From Eledone cirrhosa (lineage: Eukaryota), in assembly GCA_964016885.1 (NCBI GenBank), contig OZ024740.1, positions 184,574,001 to 184,638,000 of the forward strand: a DNA stretch of 64,000 nt. Direction: 5' to 3'. The notes beneath the pieces are model-generated. The model made no database searches. It worked only from the letters and a program-made list of their open reading frames with translations, and had not been told where the DNA came from. Position 1 is the stretch's first letter. Each line of letters begins with the position of its first letter. The position numbers and the translations under genes are program-made. Shown here in pieces: positions 12,221 through 26,621 of this stretch.

Positions 12221-12466
12221 CAAAGCAGTGATATGCATATACATAAAAGAAAAAAACTCCTCACCTATCATCAATCTTCTTAAATAATTGAAGCATTATA
12301 CAACTTCTAACTGTAACAGTTACCTCACTGAAGTAATATACTAACTCATAGCTTCCCCTGTCTGTTAGGTAAACCAGACATAGAATTTAAATTGTAAAGA
12401 GGAGAGAGAGAGAGAGACATTTGAAAATGGCAGTGTTCTATATATCTACACATAGAGAAGATAATA

Positions 12467-12574
<108 letters not shown>

Positions 12575-12783
12575 TATATATATATATATCCATTTACATC
12601 TGCTTTTTGCATGGGTTGCAGAGAGACATACATACACATATGCACGATCTTGCTATCTGTAAGATAGTGTAATTTTCTTGTTACGTAGGGTGGTATAAAA
12701 AGAGAGACAGGCAGACAGAGAGAGAATGAGAGAGAGTGAAAGGGAGATGGATCAATCAATAGGCAGACAGATATTGATTTACA

Positions 12784-14038
12784 TATGCAGTACGTTCAAT
12801 AATTAATGAGAAAATTTAAGGAAAAGCATTAAATATCATTCACTTAAAATGCTACTTCAGGGTGAAATAAACTTGAATGAAATGTATACAGTAAATTATG
12901 TGGCAAATTCCTATCTGTCTAGGTTGGGTGCAGTGATGTACGTAGAAAAACTGGTGTGATCCAATTAGCCAGTCTGTCAACATGTGGCAAGATGCAGAGG
13001 AGCATGGAGCAATGTTACAAATCAAACAAGAAGACTATGGAATGTTAGAGGAGGCTTATAAGCATGAAGTGATGAACAAAGAACGTTTCTACAGATGATT
13101 TCAATGATTTTCTAAAGGAAATGAACTGGTTGTGAGTGAATGCTGGAGTACTAGACAGCACACACAAAAACGAGAATATTGAGTATATGCAAACGTTCAT
13201 AACACAAGACCATTGAGATACTGTGAAGTTGACAACTGAAGCAGTTGGTATTAGTATTGGCACAGTAGGGACCAAACATCTGGAGTTCCACAAAGTTTGT
13301 GCCAAAGATCCACTCCAACAACCAGAAGCAGTTTCATATAGAGTGTTGCACTAACATTCACAATATGATAGAAGCTGATTCTAATTTCTTGAATAAAGTA
13401 GTGACTTGTGACAAGAGTTGGGCATTCACCTATAATGCTGAGAGCATATTTCAGAATGCACAGTGAAAGCACATGTCCTCCTCCAGACCCAAGAAGGTAA
13501 AGATATGCAAGTTGCAAAAGAAGACCATGGTAGTTTCTTTCTTTGACTCCTAGAGACTAATACATTCTGAATTGATTCCTGAGGGCCAAACCATCAATAA
13601 GGAGAATTACCTTGAAGTTCTGAAAAGGTCCAGAGAGAGGATGAGGAAGGAGAGGGCATAGAACTGGAGGGTGGTGGTTCCACCAGGCTAATAACCCATG
13701 CCACAAATTAATGCTGATGAACATCTAGATGAGCAACAGTGGAATGAAAGTGGTACAACACCCAATCTACAGCCCTGACCTAGCTTCTAGTGACTTCTTT
13801 CTATTCCCATACATGAAAGTACACCTCAGGCAAATCAGGTTCAAGTCAACACAGGAGCTGAAGGAGGCATCAGCAAATTTTCTGATGGAACAGCAGAAAG
13901 ACTGGGAGGAAATTATCCAGGAGTGGGAAAGACACCTACACAACTGTGTAGATGCAAGAAGGAAACAAAGTTTGAAAAGCTTATGCAAATGATACCTCAA
14001 ATGAAGATTTCTCCTTCCTTATGGAATGCACTTTGTAT
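12784..14038 (+). mobile_element. Decayed mariner (Tc1/mariner) DNA transposon
   Basis: EGQTINKENYLEVLKR and HPIYSPDLASSDFFLFPYMK (YSPDL motif). About 1.25 kb long with degenerate TIRs (CAGTACGTTCAATAATTAATGAGAA / TTCTCCTTCCTTATGGAATGCACTTTGTA). Many stops. Confidence 0.85.
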
Positions 14039-14261
14039 ATATCTGTTAACCATTTTTTGACAAATTACATGAAAAACATGGGTGGAGGTGGTGAGAGAAG
14101 ACCTCGGATTGCTGAAGCTCATGGAGGAGATGACAAAGGACTGTGACAAGGGGAGAGATGCTGTGCTGAATAGGACCTGTCCCACTCTCAATCAGGGAAA
14201 AGCAGACGTAAGATGATGATGATGATGATATATATATATATATATATATACATATATAGAT

Positions 14262-14596
14262 GGAGGCACATGGCTTAGTGGTTAGAGCATTGGCCTTGCA
14301 ATCGAAAGGTTGTGAGTTCAATTGTCAGACCGGGTGATGTGTTGTTTCCTTGAGCAAGACACTTTATTTCACATTGCTCCAGTTTACTCAGCTGTAGAAA
14401 TGAGATGATAGGGACTGGGGTCCATATCATTCCACTGCAAAGTGGTCGTGGAGGTGCCACGGCAAAAAAGCACCCAGCACTCACTGTAAATGAGGTTGGT
14501 GTTAGGAAGGGCATCCAGCTGTAGAAATCAAGCCAGAACCAGTTCCCGTCTCACCCTTGCTAGCAGGGAAAAAGCGGACGTAAAATGAAATGATGA
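14262..14596 (+). mobile_element. SINE family 1 copy
   Basis: Nearly identical to 2591-2938. Confidence 0.9.
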
Positions 14597-14603
14597 TATA
14601 TGT

Positions 14604-14965
14604 TAGGACGTGTGAGATGTATATATAACATATATATACATGTCCCACATCCTAACACTCCACCCATCACCCATACCCCCAGATCTACCTCTCCAATCCC
14701 CATGCACCTCCCCCACGCAAGTCCACAGTCCACACTGTAAAGTGGCTGTGTATGTGTCCTGACAAAAAAACACCCAGTTTACACTGTAAATGTGGTTGAC
14801 ATTAGAAAGAGCATCCAGCAATAGAAACCGAGCAATAATCAGTTCTTTATGAGCAAGACACGATCATCCGACCCAACTTGTCTCATATCAGGACAGCTCA
14901 TCTAACCCATACCAGCATAGAAAATGGGCATTATACGGCGATGATGATAATGATGATGACGATGA
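14604..14965 (+). mobile_element. RTE-like 3' UTR remnant
   Basis: Resembles 9200-9553 (CACACTGTAAATGTGGTTG...GCATCCAGC, ATG-repeat tail). Confidence 0.65.
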
Positions 14966-15029
14966 ACGAATATGTATATATTGTGTACCCATACTCAGTA
15001 GCCGACTGGCCAGGTTACCAGGTTTCCCA

Positions 15030-15229
15030 NNNNNNNNNNNNNNNNNNNNNNNNNNNNNNNNNNNNNNNNNNNNNNNNNNNNNNNNNNNNNNNNNNNNNNN
15101 NNNNNNNNNNNNNNNNNNNNNNNNNNNNNNNNNNNNNNNNNNNNNNNNNNNNNNNNNNNNNNNNNNNNNNNNNNNNNNNNNNNNNNNNNNNNNNNNNNNN
15201 NNNNNNNNNNNNNNNNNNNNNNNNNNNNN
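15030..15229. other. Assembly gap
   Basis: Run of 200 N. Confidence 1.
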
Positions 15230-15270
15230 ATTTTACTTTGGAAGCTGGTTCATATCGAATCTCTGCTTAA

Positions 15271-15477
15271 CCCTTCAACATTTAAACTGGCTGTATCAAG
15301 GCAAAATTCTCTCACATCAAACCGGCAGTAACTGGCTGCCTAGGCTTATGTTAAGGTATTGTTCTCAAAATAATATCAAAATCTCATACATTCAATATTA
15401 TGTGAGATAATTTTGTGAGGTAAAGCCTTTACCACAAAAATATAATAGTAAATATAGAGTAATGTAAATACTAATGG
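15271..15477. mobile_element. piggyBac-type MITE, second copy in opposite orientation
   Basis: TTAA|CCCTTCAACATTTA ... TAAATACTAATGG|TTAA. The internal sequence is the reverse complement of 4861-5067 and has the same length. Confidence 0.75.
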
Positions 15478-15659
15478 TTAATCATTTTGGCCACAAATAA
15501 ATGTTGTATTACATTAAATAAACTGAAAATTCAAATATGTCATTGTGATTTCATAATATTGTCAAATCAAAACTGTCGATTTTCTTTTCATGAATTTGTA
15601 AACATTTTATATATGCAGGCTGAAACACACACATATACATATGTAAGTACCACGATATA

Positions 15660-16035
15660 AAACACCCAGTACTCACTGTAAGGTTGGTGTTAGGAAGGGC
15701 ATCCAGGCAATAGAAACCAAGCCCAAATCAGTTCTATCAAGAGATAGAAGACGTAGAAGAATGGATGTAAAACAGTGATGATGATATATATATATCATCA
15801 TCACCGTTTAACATTCATTTTTCCTTGCTAGCATGGGTTAGACAAGTCGTCCTATTGTGGGCAATGCCAGGTCAGGAGACCATGTCTTCCTCATACAGAA
15901 CTGATTTTGGCTTGGGTTCTATTGATGGATGCCCTTCCTAATGCCAATCTCATTTACAGTGAGTACTGGGTGCATTTTGTTGTGACTCGTATATGATCAC
16001 TTTACAGTCTGGGCTGGGTGATTTTTGTCATGACA
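15660..16035. mobile_element. Two RTE-tail elements joined tail-to-tail
   Basis: A plus copy ending GATGATGA and a minus copy beginning TCATCATCA meet across a short (TA)n at about 15786-15795. Both carry TTAGGAAGGGCATCCA. Confidence 0.7.
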
Positions 16036-17156
16036 ACTGTGTATGTGTGTGTGTACACATACACATACACATAATATATACTTGTAGAAAACAAGGGTTG
16101 TGCTCTGCTAGTAAATACCACAAGCACTACATTACATCCTAAGTTACATATTAAACAAATCAATTAAGAGCAGCAATAAGTTGTAAGGAATTTGGAATTT
16201 GAGGAAATGGATATATTTTTATCACTTCATCAGGAAGATTGGCAATATCCTTTTCATCCAAACTGATGGGAAGGAACGAGGAAGATAACCTCCAAACAAT
16301 GAGAGCTAAATAGTAGTCACAACAATTGCTCTTTGTTTTCTTATTCCTTAAATTTTTGAAAGTGAAAATCAACCCCTAGTTCAACCTGTTAGGATTGGCA
16401 GCCAAAATCCCTCTTAAATCATAACCTAACATATTGCATTAAGAATGTTAATTAGGACAATCAGAGCTCACCTGGAGCTAAACAACAAAAATAGCAGCAT
16501 CAAAACCAAAGAACATTTATTCCAGTAATGCACAATATCTTGCTAAGTCAGGAATTATGATTTATTTGCTTGTGAAAATATGGAAGGTATATATATTTTA
16601 TCTTATTCATATTTTGCTTCAATTATTCTAGAAAAGAGGAATGAAGGATTCTAAAAATGTATTTTGCTGTTAAGTTCATCGTTGTAATTCTTAATGACTT
16701 TTATAATTGCCAATATATTGTTGTAATATACATAATTAGTATGAGTTTATAATAGATAGTTAATTATTAGGATTTCATATCAATCAAATAATTGTTGTCA
16801 ATGTTAAATGTATTGAATTTTATTCCTGTACCTGTGAATATATCGTATTTATTTATAAAATAATTTTGTTTGAATTAGAACAGAGATGTTATATTACTGT
16901 GTAAATAAATTGTGGAATATTATGTTACTCATGAAGTGCATACATTGATTATATTATATTTTATTTCAGATTGTTTTTTTAACCTTTCAGCATCATATTT
17001 AATATAAAATTATATTTGTCAAAGGAAAGCAAACACAATGTCTTCAGCTAGATTGAATAATATTTAGAAAATCTATATGATTATGTTTAAATATTTATTT
17101 GGAAGATCATGCAATTCATGGAACTTCTTAAACAAGATTGATTACTTTGATGGGAT

Positions 17157-17197
<41 letters not shown>

Positions 17198-17329
17198 TTG
17201 CAGCTAACAGAGATTAACTCCCACAATGTCAATTTTGAAATTATAAAATGCAAAAATGATTGACAAAGTTTCTTTTTAATGTATTTTGTATCATTTTGAT
17301 AAGTAAATTAAAAGTTTTGCTTTGTGAGT

Positions 17330-17680
17330 GCAGCAATGGGAAAATACTTAAAGGATATATCAATATTTGATAGATATTTATTATAATATTGCAGATGTGG
17401 GTAAAAGAAGATTTAATTTAAAATAAAGAAATTAATAACAATAAACAGTGAGTTTATTTAATAAAGAACAAATTTAAACAATAGATGTTTCACTAAACAA
17501 TTTTAGATAAAATCTCTTGAGAAATAAATAAAAAATATTATAATGATTGATATATTTCATTTATAAACTTATCTAAAGCAATATCATGATAAAATAAATT
17601 TTGACCTAATATAAATATAAACAAAGAAGTATATTCCCTCCAATATTGAGACAAATATAAGATGATGAGTTGGAAGATAT
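17330..17680 (+). mobile_element. Possible highly decayed Penelope-like RT remnant
   Basis: Patchy similarity to PLE motifs (WVKE, KYINK.S..PPILRQI); very degenerate. Confidence 0.3.
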
Positions 17681-18959
17681 AAATCTAGACATTAAAATAC
17701 TTTTCCAGTATTTGATATTACTGCTGTAAGTGTAAATCACTGAAGGCTTGATGATTGATTTTTATTTATACTACTTAGTGGGTGGGAGAAGACCAGCACC
17801 AAAGCTCTTTACTTTATTTCTTGGTCTCAAAAACTCGTACGATGTTATCCTCATATCAGAAGTCTGGCCCAAATGTGTGTAGCATTCGATACTTTCAATT
17901 CTGTCAGTTTGAGGGAATGTAAATCATAGTTGACTTTAGCAGGATTTGAAGTCAGAACACAAAGAACTTGAACAAATACTGCAAATCTTATATTCAAACA
18001 ACTCTGCAAATTTGCCCTCTGCATTTTATACACTTGTTGCTCAATTAAATAAATGCTAATAATGTTCAAGAGTTTATTTGATTGTCTATGCCTGGCTTCT
18101 GAATTGGGCTCTTCGGTTAATCAAAAGAAATTGATACAGATATAACTATAAATTACATGTGACTATAGTAAAATAATGCACTAATCAAGATGTTATGCAA
18201 AATTAAAATACAAAACTTAAGTATTGTCTTACTCTAGAAATGTTTATTACCAGACGCTTATATAGCTAAATATTAGTTTAAACCAAACTTCCAAGGGGTG
18301 CTGAAAGTTCTTTTTTCATACCTTTTCAGCATTCACTTGCATATATACAAGAGGATGCTGAAATTGAAATCAAGAAATGGGTTAACCCAAGAACTATTAA
18401 GTACCCCATCACTGCTAAGAAAAAATTCATTGCTGATGATTCTAATGATGGTATTAATAATGCGTTTTAATTTAGGCATAAAATCAACAATTCTTAAGGA
18501 AGAAGAAAGTCAATTAAATTTTCCTCGGTATTTATCTTATTAATTAATCATGGAAAGGTGAAAACCAGATTGAACCTGGTGGTATTTGAACTTAGAATAT
18601 AAACAGCATGAACAAATACTGAAAAACAATTTTGTTTGACACACTAACAATTGTGTTTGTCCATCTGCCTTTCATAATATTAATAATGTTGTTTTCTGAT
18701 TTAGGCACAACGTGAACAATTCATTGGGGGAGGGAAAGGTTGCTTAAATTGACCCCAGTGTATTACTAATGCTTATTTTATCGGCCCCTTAAGGATGAAA
18801 AGTAAAACAGGATTTGAACTCAGAAGGTAAATATTTGAAATCAATGTGAACAATAATTCTATGCATCAAAACCTATGCTTGCCATTACTGCCAGTGGTGG
18901 TGTACACAATAAAAGCACTGGTAGTGGCACAACCTCATAAATGCAAATTTCATGAAAAT

Positions 18960-20680
18960 GAATCTGACAAGGAATATAGATATAAATTGCTATTGGGGTG
19001 GAACTCTTGATGGGAGCCTCTTGGAGGCAACTTGAGGTGAAACCCTCGGGCAGGGCAAGTATGATTGGAGTAGAGCCGTTAACAGGTCTTCATCATACAA
19101 CTGTACCACAAAAGGAACCACAGGTTTATAACAGTAGGAAAATAAAGTGATACAATGAAATTGGAGGCAGAAGGAAATGAGCAAAAAGATAAAAAAGATT
19201 GCAATCAAGTGTCACATTCTTACAAAAGAAAGTAGAGCACGTAGTATCAGAGAACAGATGCTTCAATGTTTAAAAAAGATTTGGGATGTTTAAAGATTAA
19301 AAATAATAATTGGCTAACGAAGGTTGAGTTAGAGGCCCTGGAAGCTGAAGTACAAAGCAAATTGAAGGTAACTTAGATGATATGAATGTGGCAAGTGGGA
19401 AACATAGAGATGACATCTCAAAATGAATCAAATGAGGAAGAATTAGCCTACCAAAATGCTGATAAGGAAAAAAATATTGAATCACAAAATGTGGAGGGAG
19501 TTGAATATCAAGTGACTGATGATGTTGACATTGAAAGTTTGAATAAAAATGAAAATGAAGAAAAAGAAGAAGAAGAAGAAACAAGGTTAAGAGATTTGTT
19601 TAACGATCCTGGATTCAATAAGACTCAGCTGGATCTTTGGAATGTAGAGAGGTATTTTAACAAGTGAAGCAGTCAAAGTATACCATGCACTGGTGTGTAG
19701 AGAAACAAATGGTAACACTAACTTGAGAAAGTTAATTAGCATTGCAGGGTTTCTGGTGTATGAGCCATTAGGTATTAAGCAAATGGAAAGGAAGAAATGT
19801 AAGGAACCCTGGTGGAAGATAAGATTTGATGGTGATGTAACTTAGCACAGGAAATATCTAGGTAACATAGATAAATGGCATAAAAGAAAATGGAAATAGA
19901 CCAAATAAGGGGAGATGTGATACATGGATACAAGCTATAAAATAAAGTTAAAAGGTTTGAATGTATAGATGGAAGAAGTGAAACAGTGGATAAAGGCAAA
20001 ATCTCATCAGGCTGGGTGTTATACGAATACATAAAAAAATAATATGAACAGAACACATTGTTTTCTGCAAATCAGAAAATGTTCTTTAGAATATTGTTAG
20101 GGGGAAATGGTGCAGAAGTTGCACCTAATGTTGAAGAATCCACATAACAATTTTGGTTAAATCTATGAGGGATTGCAAAAGAGCCTTACAAGGATATGAG
20201 AGGGATAAATGAAGTTGAGCATAAGTTATCTAATAAACTAAAATAAAGATGGGAAAGAATTTCAAAGGGAGCCAAATTCTTAAATGAAAATGTCAAACTG
20301 CTGGAAATCTCCTGGATAAGATGGAATCCAAGGAGTTTGGTTGAAAAGATTTAAAAGTGTTCATTCAAAGCTAGGGAAGCACTTAAATGATTAAGTAATA
20401 CAAGGAGAATTCCCAAGTAGGAAGGTTGAAAGAAAGACTTTGGAAATTACAGACTGATTGCTTGCTAGAATTTGTTTTGGAAGCTGTTGACTAGCATATT
20501 TGCTGCAAAAGTATATGTTCATTTGCTTCAGAATGAGATGCTACCTGTCGAGCAAGGCCAGACATAACTTTGGCGGAGAAAGGTACTGAAAGGAAGCTAG
20601 TTGATTGTGATAGCTTACCCAAGAGAATATTATGTCAATGGTAAAAGATATGAGAAAGCATAAAGCTAACAAATCTGAGG
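18960..20680 (+). mobile_element. Decayed R4/Dong-like non-LTR retrotransposon (N-terminus to RT start)
   Basis: Broken frames give NQKMFFRILLG, WKSPG*DGIQGVWLKRFKSVH, NYRLIAC*NLFWKLLTSI and LLPVEQ, typical of R4/Dong-type RT domains 0-2. Confidence 0.65.
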
Positions 20681-21122
20681 GTGGAGTAAATCCATTAAAT
20701 TGACCTTAATAGAGGAATGGTACTTTATCTCATCACCCACATGCCCAAAATGTTATAGATTGTATAGGATTTGCACTCAAAATGTAAACACCCCTCTAAC
20801 TATATGCCATTAAGGATTTCGTTTGATGCTTTAATGATTGGGTATGATGAGTCTGATATCCTCCCTACTGTGTTAATGGTTATCCAACTGAAATTCTCCT
20901 TCAAACATTAACTGGAATTCATTTGTAAAATTATTATTGGTGAATTCTTCTACACTCATCGAAGACAGTTCGTTTATTAAATATTTCTAATTTTATCACT
21001 TCAGAAATATGAATATTTTAAAGTTTAAAATGTTCATTCTTTTCTAGAGAGAAAAAGAAAATTAACTCCTCCCAAGTGGTTCAGCAGGGAAGGCAGCAGA
21101 AATTGCAAATGCTACTGCTGAA

Positions 21123-21154
<32 letters not shown>

Positions 21155-21162
21155 ATTGTCAT

Positions 21163-21234
21163 TATTACATAGTCTAGTGGTTACAATTCCTGGCTTTCAC
21201 CCAGGGGGCCCAGGTTCGATTCCTGGCATGGGAA
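21163..21234 (+). pseudogene. tRNA-Glu(TTC) pseudogene
   Basis: AGTCTAGTGGTTA (A box/D arm), anticodon arm CCTGG-CTTTCAC-CCAGG, T arm CCAGG-TTCGATT-CCTGG, 3' CATGGGAA. The 5' acceptor strand reads TATTACA rather than TCCCATG, so the stem is broken. Confidence 0.85.
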
Positions 21235-21339
21235 CTTCATGGGAGTGGAATTCGTCAAATTGAACCAAGGAAACAATGTTTCCAATGCTGATACTATCTA
21301 CTGGTTACAACACTTTTGGTAACAATGATGACTAGGTTT

Positions 21340-22110
21340 AAGCATGTATGTGAATAATCTCCTGATATCTATTTATACCTTACTGGAAAGTGAAAAGATA
21401 CTAAATTAAGGAATTATCTGTGTGTGATGTTTCTACATGTAGGATTGAACCATAACTTATTTCTACATCCATTTTTATACCTTGAGACATTGTGGAGTGT
21501 TGTAAATTGGATTTTATTTGAGAAACTGCTTTTGTTGAGTCCTTTATTATAGAAATGAAAAGCAGATTTGAACATATCATTCTTCATAGATAAAGAAGTG
21601 ATACACATACTTATATTAAAAATTAAATTCTGAAGAAAATTTAGTGAGAGTTTAGAATATTTGTTAACATAGTTTGCTTCCAGTAGAAAGTAAATTTATG
21701 TCCTTAAATAATATATATTCAAAGGTTGTAAAAACAATATATACTTACATACCTATATTTATATTTATATTTATATATATAAACACACTCACATATATAT
21801 ATATATATACACACACACACAGAGGATGTGTAAAATCCCAACCATGCTGTCAAGAGGTTTAAGTTTGTGTGTTCCACAAGCCTTTTCATGGGTGTGTACA
21901 TATATAATCTGTCTTCCAAACATTAAGTTTCTCATAAGGATACTCCTTTGATAATAGATTTTTAAACCCAAAAATATTTGGGATTATTAAATTTGCTAAG
22001 GTAAGATTTTTGTTATCTTAGTAATTTTGATTTACTTTCTAGTGCATTGTTTGGTTTTCAAAATTACTTGAATTTGTGTTTCCTATTCAACAATGCCTCA
22101 AGCAAACTAC
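21340..22110 (-). mobile_element. Decayed Penelope-like element fragment
   Basis: ORF 21414-21608 contains MFKSAFHFYNKGLNKSSFSNKIQF...RNKLWFNPTC, resembling the PLE post-RT 'IIWFNPP' motif. KPNNAL lies upstream. Confidence 0.5.
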
Positions 22111-24789
22111 AACACACACACACACATATATATGTATATATATATATATACATGCATGTTAGGCATGTATAACAGTTACAGGCGGTGTGACTTTCAAACC
22201 ACTCAATGTTGTCACGAGATCCATTTTATTTGGGTTGTATACCAATGTTACAGCTGTAGTGTGTAGAGTATAAACAGATTTAAAATAGTCAAAGTCAGTG
22301 TTGTAGCATATGTGCAAACTTTATTTGCATATTACAATTGTTTTAATATTGATCAGCTCAGGGTACAATCATGGTGATGGGGCTTGACTTTTTTTCGACA
22401 TCTTGTCAGACATACAAGCTTATATGTGCAAAAACACAGGATCTTGCACCTGATTAGAGAGGTCAATTTTAGAAAGGTGACTCCACTCTACGGTGGTAGC
22501 CATAATTGGACCCAAAACCTTAGGTTGCGCATACATGCTAAGTGTATGAACCTTTAATATATATATATATGTGTGTGTTCACATAAACATGCACACTGAC
22601 AGCCTCACATATGTGTGTGTGAGTGTGTATGTAGTCAACATATTTTCTGGTGATGTCTAATTTTAGCTAAGATTTTCTGGTGCCCTTATCCTATATACTG
22701 TTCGTTCATCATATTTAATTTTCTGAAGTACTAAAGTATTTTATTGACATACTTCTTACATTTATCTCACTTTAAAACCTCAGTCAACAAAGAAGATTGA
22801 AAGGATGTTTGATTGCCAATTTAATTAAGTTTTAAAAGTGGAACTTGCAAAGCAATTAGATATCTCACACCTAATTACAACAAATATTAATATAGAAATA
22901 TTCCATAAAATTCTTAATCCATTACTGTCTGCATTATTTTCCAGTCCACATAGTTTACATTCTATTGATTTTTTTCATCTACCTTGTCTTTTGACTTTTC
23001 ACTAATTTTATCTTTTGTTTGTGTTTGAGTGAATAAGAATATCTGCCATATCATTTTGATGTGTTTCATTTTCTTTTTAATTTATTTTAACTGGTTTATT
23101 GTTTTGCTTCCAGTTTTCATTTTGTTTTTCATGTGCTTTATTTTTTAAATGATATTTCTTTTCATTTGATCTAGTATAATATCAGTTCCTGTCAATCTAT
23201 CTTTTGTTAGCCTCATCACATCGGCTCTTTAAGAAAAAAAAAATCCATGAACAGAACGTTTTGTACTTTATAAGTCTCCTTAACTTGTCATTAGAGATGT
23301 TTGTATTTGTCCACTAGCCTAGACAGTTTAGGCTCCTGAAAGTTTTGAATGCTTTCACACCATCATAAAATTCTCTTTTTTCTAGAACAATCGGAAAGAC
23401 TCAATGTTCTTCCTATAATTTCAAATAGAATGAATGAAGGAAGGAAAGAGTGAAAGAAAGATATTTGGAGAGTAAACAGTGGAGGAGAATCAAATAATAA
23501 CAAACAAAATAAAAACACAAAGCAAGAAATATAGCAAACAAAAAGACTCCATACAAATATTTTTCTTATCACTGAAATGGATAGTGAGAAGTGAGTTTGT
23601 AGAAATTAACTTCAACAATGACTGTGAATACAATAATGGTGGTACAGACAATCTATAATGAAACAGGCTGATTTGATTTCTTTTCAATGGTAGATTGATT
23701 GCAAGTTTACTTGATAGCAAAACAATGTTATAGAAACATCATATAATAAGGATTTGTTTTACATTGGTACAAAGACACACTTTTGGGGGGATAAAGCACA
23801 GCCCATTAGATTGACATAAGTATATGACAAGCACCCATTTAATAACATAGCTCTTAGTTCATTCTACAGAGCCAACTTAGCATTAACAGAAGGTATCCAA
23901 GTTGAGGATAATTTAATATCTTTATAAATTGCTTCTTACTGAAACATTCCATAAGATGTGGTTTCTCCCTCACTTTTCCTGCAAAACAAATGATCAGTGA
24001 TTAAGCTATAGTAAAAGTCAACCAGGAAACATCTGAAATGTAAAGTCTATCCCCAGTGTCGTTTGAATACAGAATATGAATGCATGTTAAAAAATACTGC
24101 ATGCCATTTTGTCCTTATATACTAGCAGAGTTGTTAGAATGTCACATAGAATGGTTTGTGGTATTTGTTCTGGCTATCTGAACTCAAATCCTGTCAAAAT
24201 AAACTTTGCCTTTCATCCTATTGAAGTCGATAAGAAAAAAATCCAGTTCAGTACTGGGGTCGATTTTCCCTCTGTATCTCTTTCTCACTTCCTCTCTTTA
24301 TTCTCTCTATCCTTTTCTGGAAGAAATCACCTGAACTCAGGCCTCAGTAGGGATGGTTTCTGCTAGGCTTAAAATGCCCAAGAAATGTCATATGCAAATA
24401 CAGTGCCCCTATGACTCCACCAGGAATTACAGGAACATACCACTATCAGTTATTTCATATTTTCTCATGACCCCCACCACCACTATTCCAGGTGCATAAG
24501 CATAATGCTTTGCTATACTAATCTATGTACAAAAATAACTAATCTCTCCTATCTTATATATATTTTTAATCAAGACTCAGGCACATCAAACGCTCTTGTT
24601 CTCTTTCTCAGTTTCGAACCCAGCTTTTATTAAGCCTTCCCTGTCACTACACTAATCAAACATTCCGACTACTACCTAATGATTGCTCCTTAAGTAACAT
24701 CCTCATACTGTGTAGCATGTTCATCCAAATCAAACAGTTTAGAACTTTTAATCAGCTGACAGGCTAGAATTCCATAATTTTTACACTAA

Positions 24790-25060
24790 TTATAGTTGCT
24801 TATGCAGAGTGTGTGGAAGGCAGCCATCCACAAGGACAGAAAACAAAGGTGTTTTTGGCTTGTATAGAAACGATCCTTCTGTACAGTTCAGAGTCATGGA
24901 TGTCAAATTTTGCTTGCTGCAAGACACTTGATGATACATACACCAGCATGCTATGCTCAACATACAACATCTGTAAATGTCATCCAATAAACAAGTCTCT
25001 TTATGGATCCTTGCTATGTTACTCACCATGATGGACCCACTGGAAGAATGCTCCACTGCA
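24790..25060 (+). mobile_element. RTE/RTEX LINE fragment
   Basis: TKVFLACIETILLYSSESW matches the 'LLYGxExW' RT C-terminal motif. Confidence 0.55.
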
Positions 25061-25884
25061 CTCAAAGATATTAGTTAGCCAGCTGTATATCACCTTGAAA
25101 TCAACCTTTGAGATGAACACAGGCCTCAAAGGAATATATTTGTGTGCTGTAATTTTCAACCGAGGATTCTGGAGCTTGAACTTTGTCAATGCCTCACCAC
25201 CACCTCAAGTTATTGTTTGACTCAAGAAAGAAAAGGAAAGATATGCTTTCTCTGTTACAACTCAGAGACAGTTAAACAGACGAATGAAACTATTGTTTTA
25301 AGGATGTTTCTTCCCATCATTCACACAAACAAATATGTAACTCGAAATTCTCAGAGTACTTCACACATAACTGATAACTGCCCTGCATCTATATAGGCCT
25401 AAACAAAAAATACAACAAACAAACAAAAAGCACTACAATGCTGGGAAAAATAACCCCCTTTCCTGCTCTACAGCAGAGATGACTTTTACACAATGGTAAA
25501 GTGTAAAGACTCCCTTTGGTCATGAATGACCATGGGATTAGCAGCTAACAAGTTCTCTGTGACACAAGTTTTGGCAAGGTTGTTTGTAGGAGACTAGCAG
25601 TTGCCCATACATACTCGACTCCCCTTCTCCAGGCTACCTATGTCCCTTCATACAACATGATATTTTATATCCTTTTACTAAAGGATCTCTATCAACTTTA
25701 CAGAAAACTTCTAACCTCTACATATCAAGGATAATGGATATATAATGAAACAAATCCTCCATATTTACTACCTGCTTTGCATCTAATTTCATGCAGTTCC
25801 CACAAGATAAACTCCTGTGACAGGTGAAATGGCATATTGGTTTGTTGTTGAGGTGAGATTTTTATCTAAAATAATTCTGTCTTG

Positions 25885-26155
25885 AGACCAAAGTCTCATC
25901 AGGCTGATGGTTATCCTGGTTTCCATGGTGTTAAGCAACTGAGTGTATAAGTTTCCTCACTGTACAGAACACTAGTCAATCACAGAGTCAACCCTCATCC
26001 CAGCTATTGCTGGTATTCATTTTCAGCTGAGTATACTGCAGCAATGTCAAATGAAGTGTTTTGCTCAAGAACACAATGCACAACCCAGTGCAGGAATTGA
26101 ACCATGATATTATGATCATAATTCAAACACCCTTACCACTAGGTCACATGCCTTC
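25885..26155 (-). mobile_element. Diverged SINE family 1 relative
   Basis: tRNA head (GGCATGTGACCTAGTGG...TTCAATTCC on the minus strand) plus CORE-like body; similar to 3860-4120. Confidence 0.7.
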
Positions 26156-26527
26156 ACTTATCACATCAATTAATTGACCAGATGTTGTACTGAAGCAACA
26201 TAAACGATTGGATGGAAAAATGTACAAAGACAAAAATAATAAGGATAAAAATATATTTATTGTTCATCAAGGCCTGGAATTTGAACTTGAAATATTGCAA
26301 AATATAATTTACACATGTACACAGCATAGAGTAAATAGCAATGTTAACCATTGCATAAACTAGAGTATGAGTTAAGCACTGTATAAGATAGTCATTTCAA
26401 TACAGTAGCAAAGTAAACAAAAGAGCATATAAAACATTGTTTGTACCCAAGCCACACAGATTGTGCTTGATTGCATAGTGAAAGCATGCAATAAAATAAG
26501 ACTACTGAAATAAAGATGATACCACCT

Positions 26528-26529
<2 letters not shown>

Positions 26530-26618
<89 letters not shown>
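26530..26618. repeat. (CTA)n(ATA)n microsatellite at the 3' end of the Tx1-like array
   Basis: Directly visible. Confidence 0.95.

Positions 26619-26621
<3 letters not shown>

Noticed and set aside
14878-15270. 130-aa ORF
   Set aside because: Spans the N gap; artefact.
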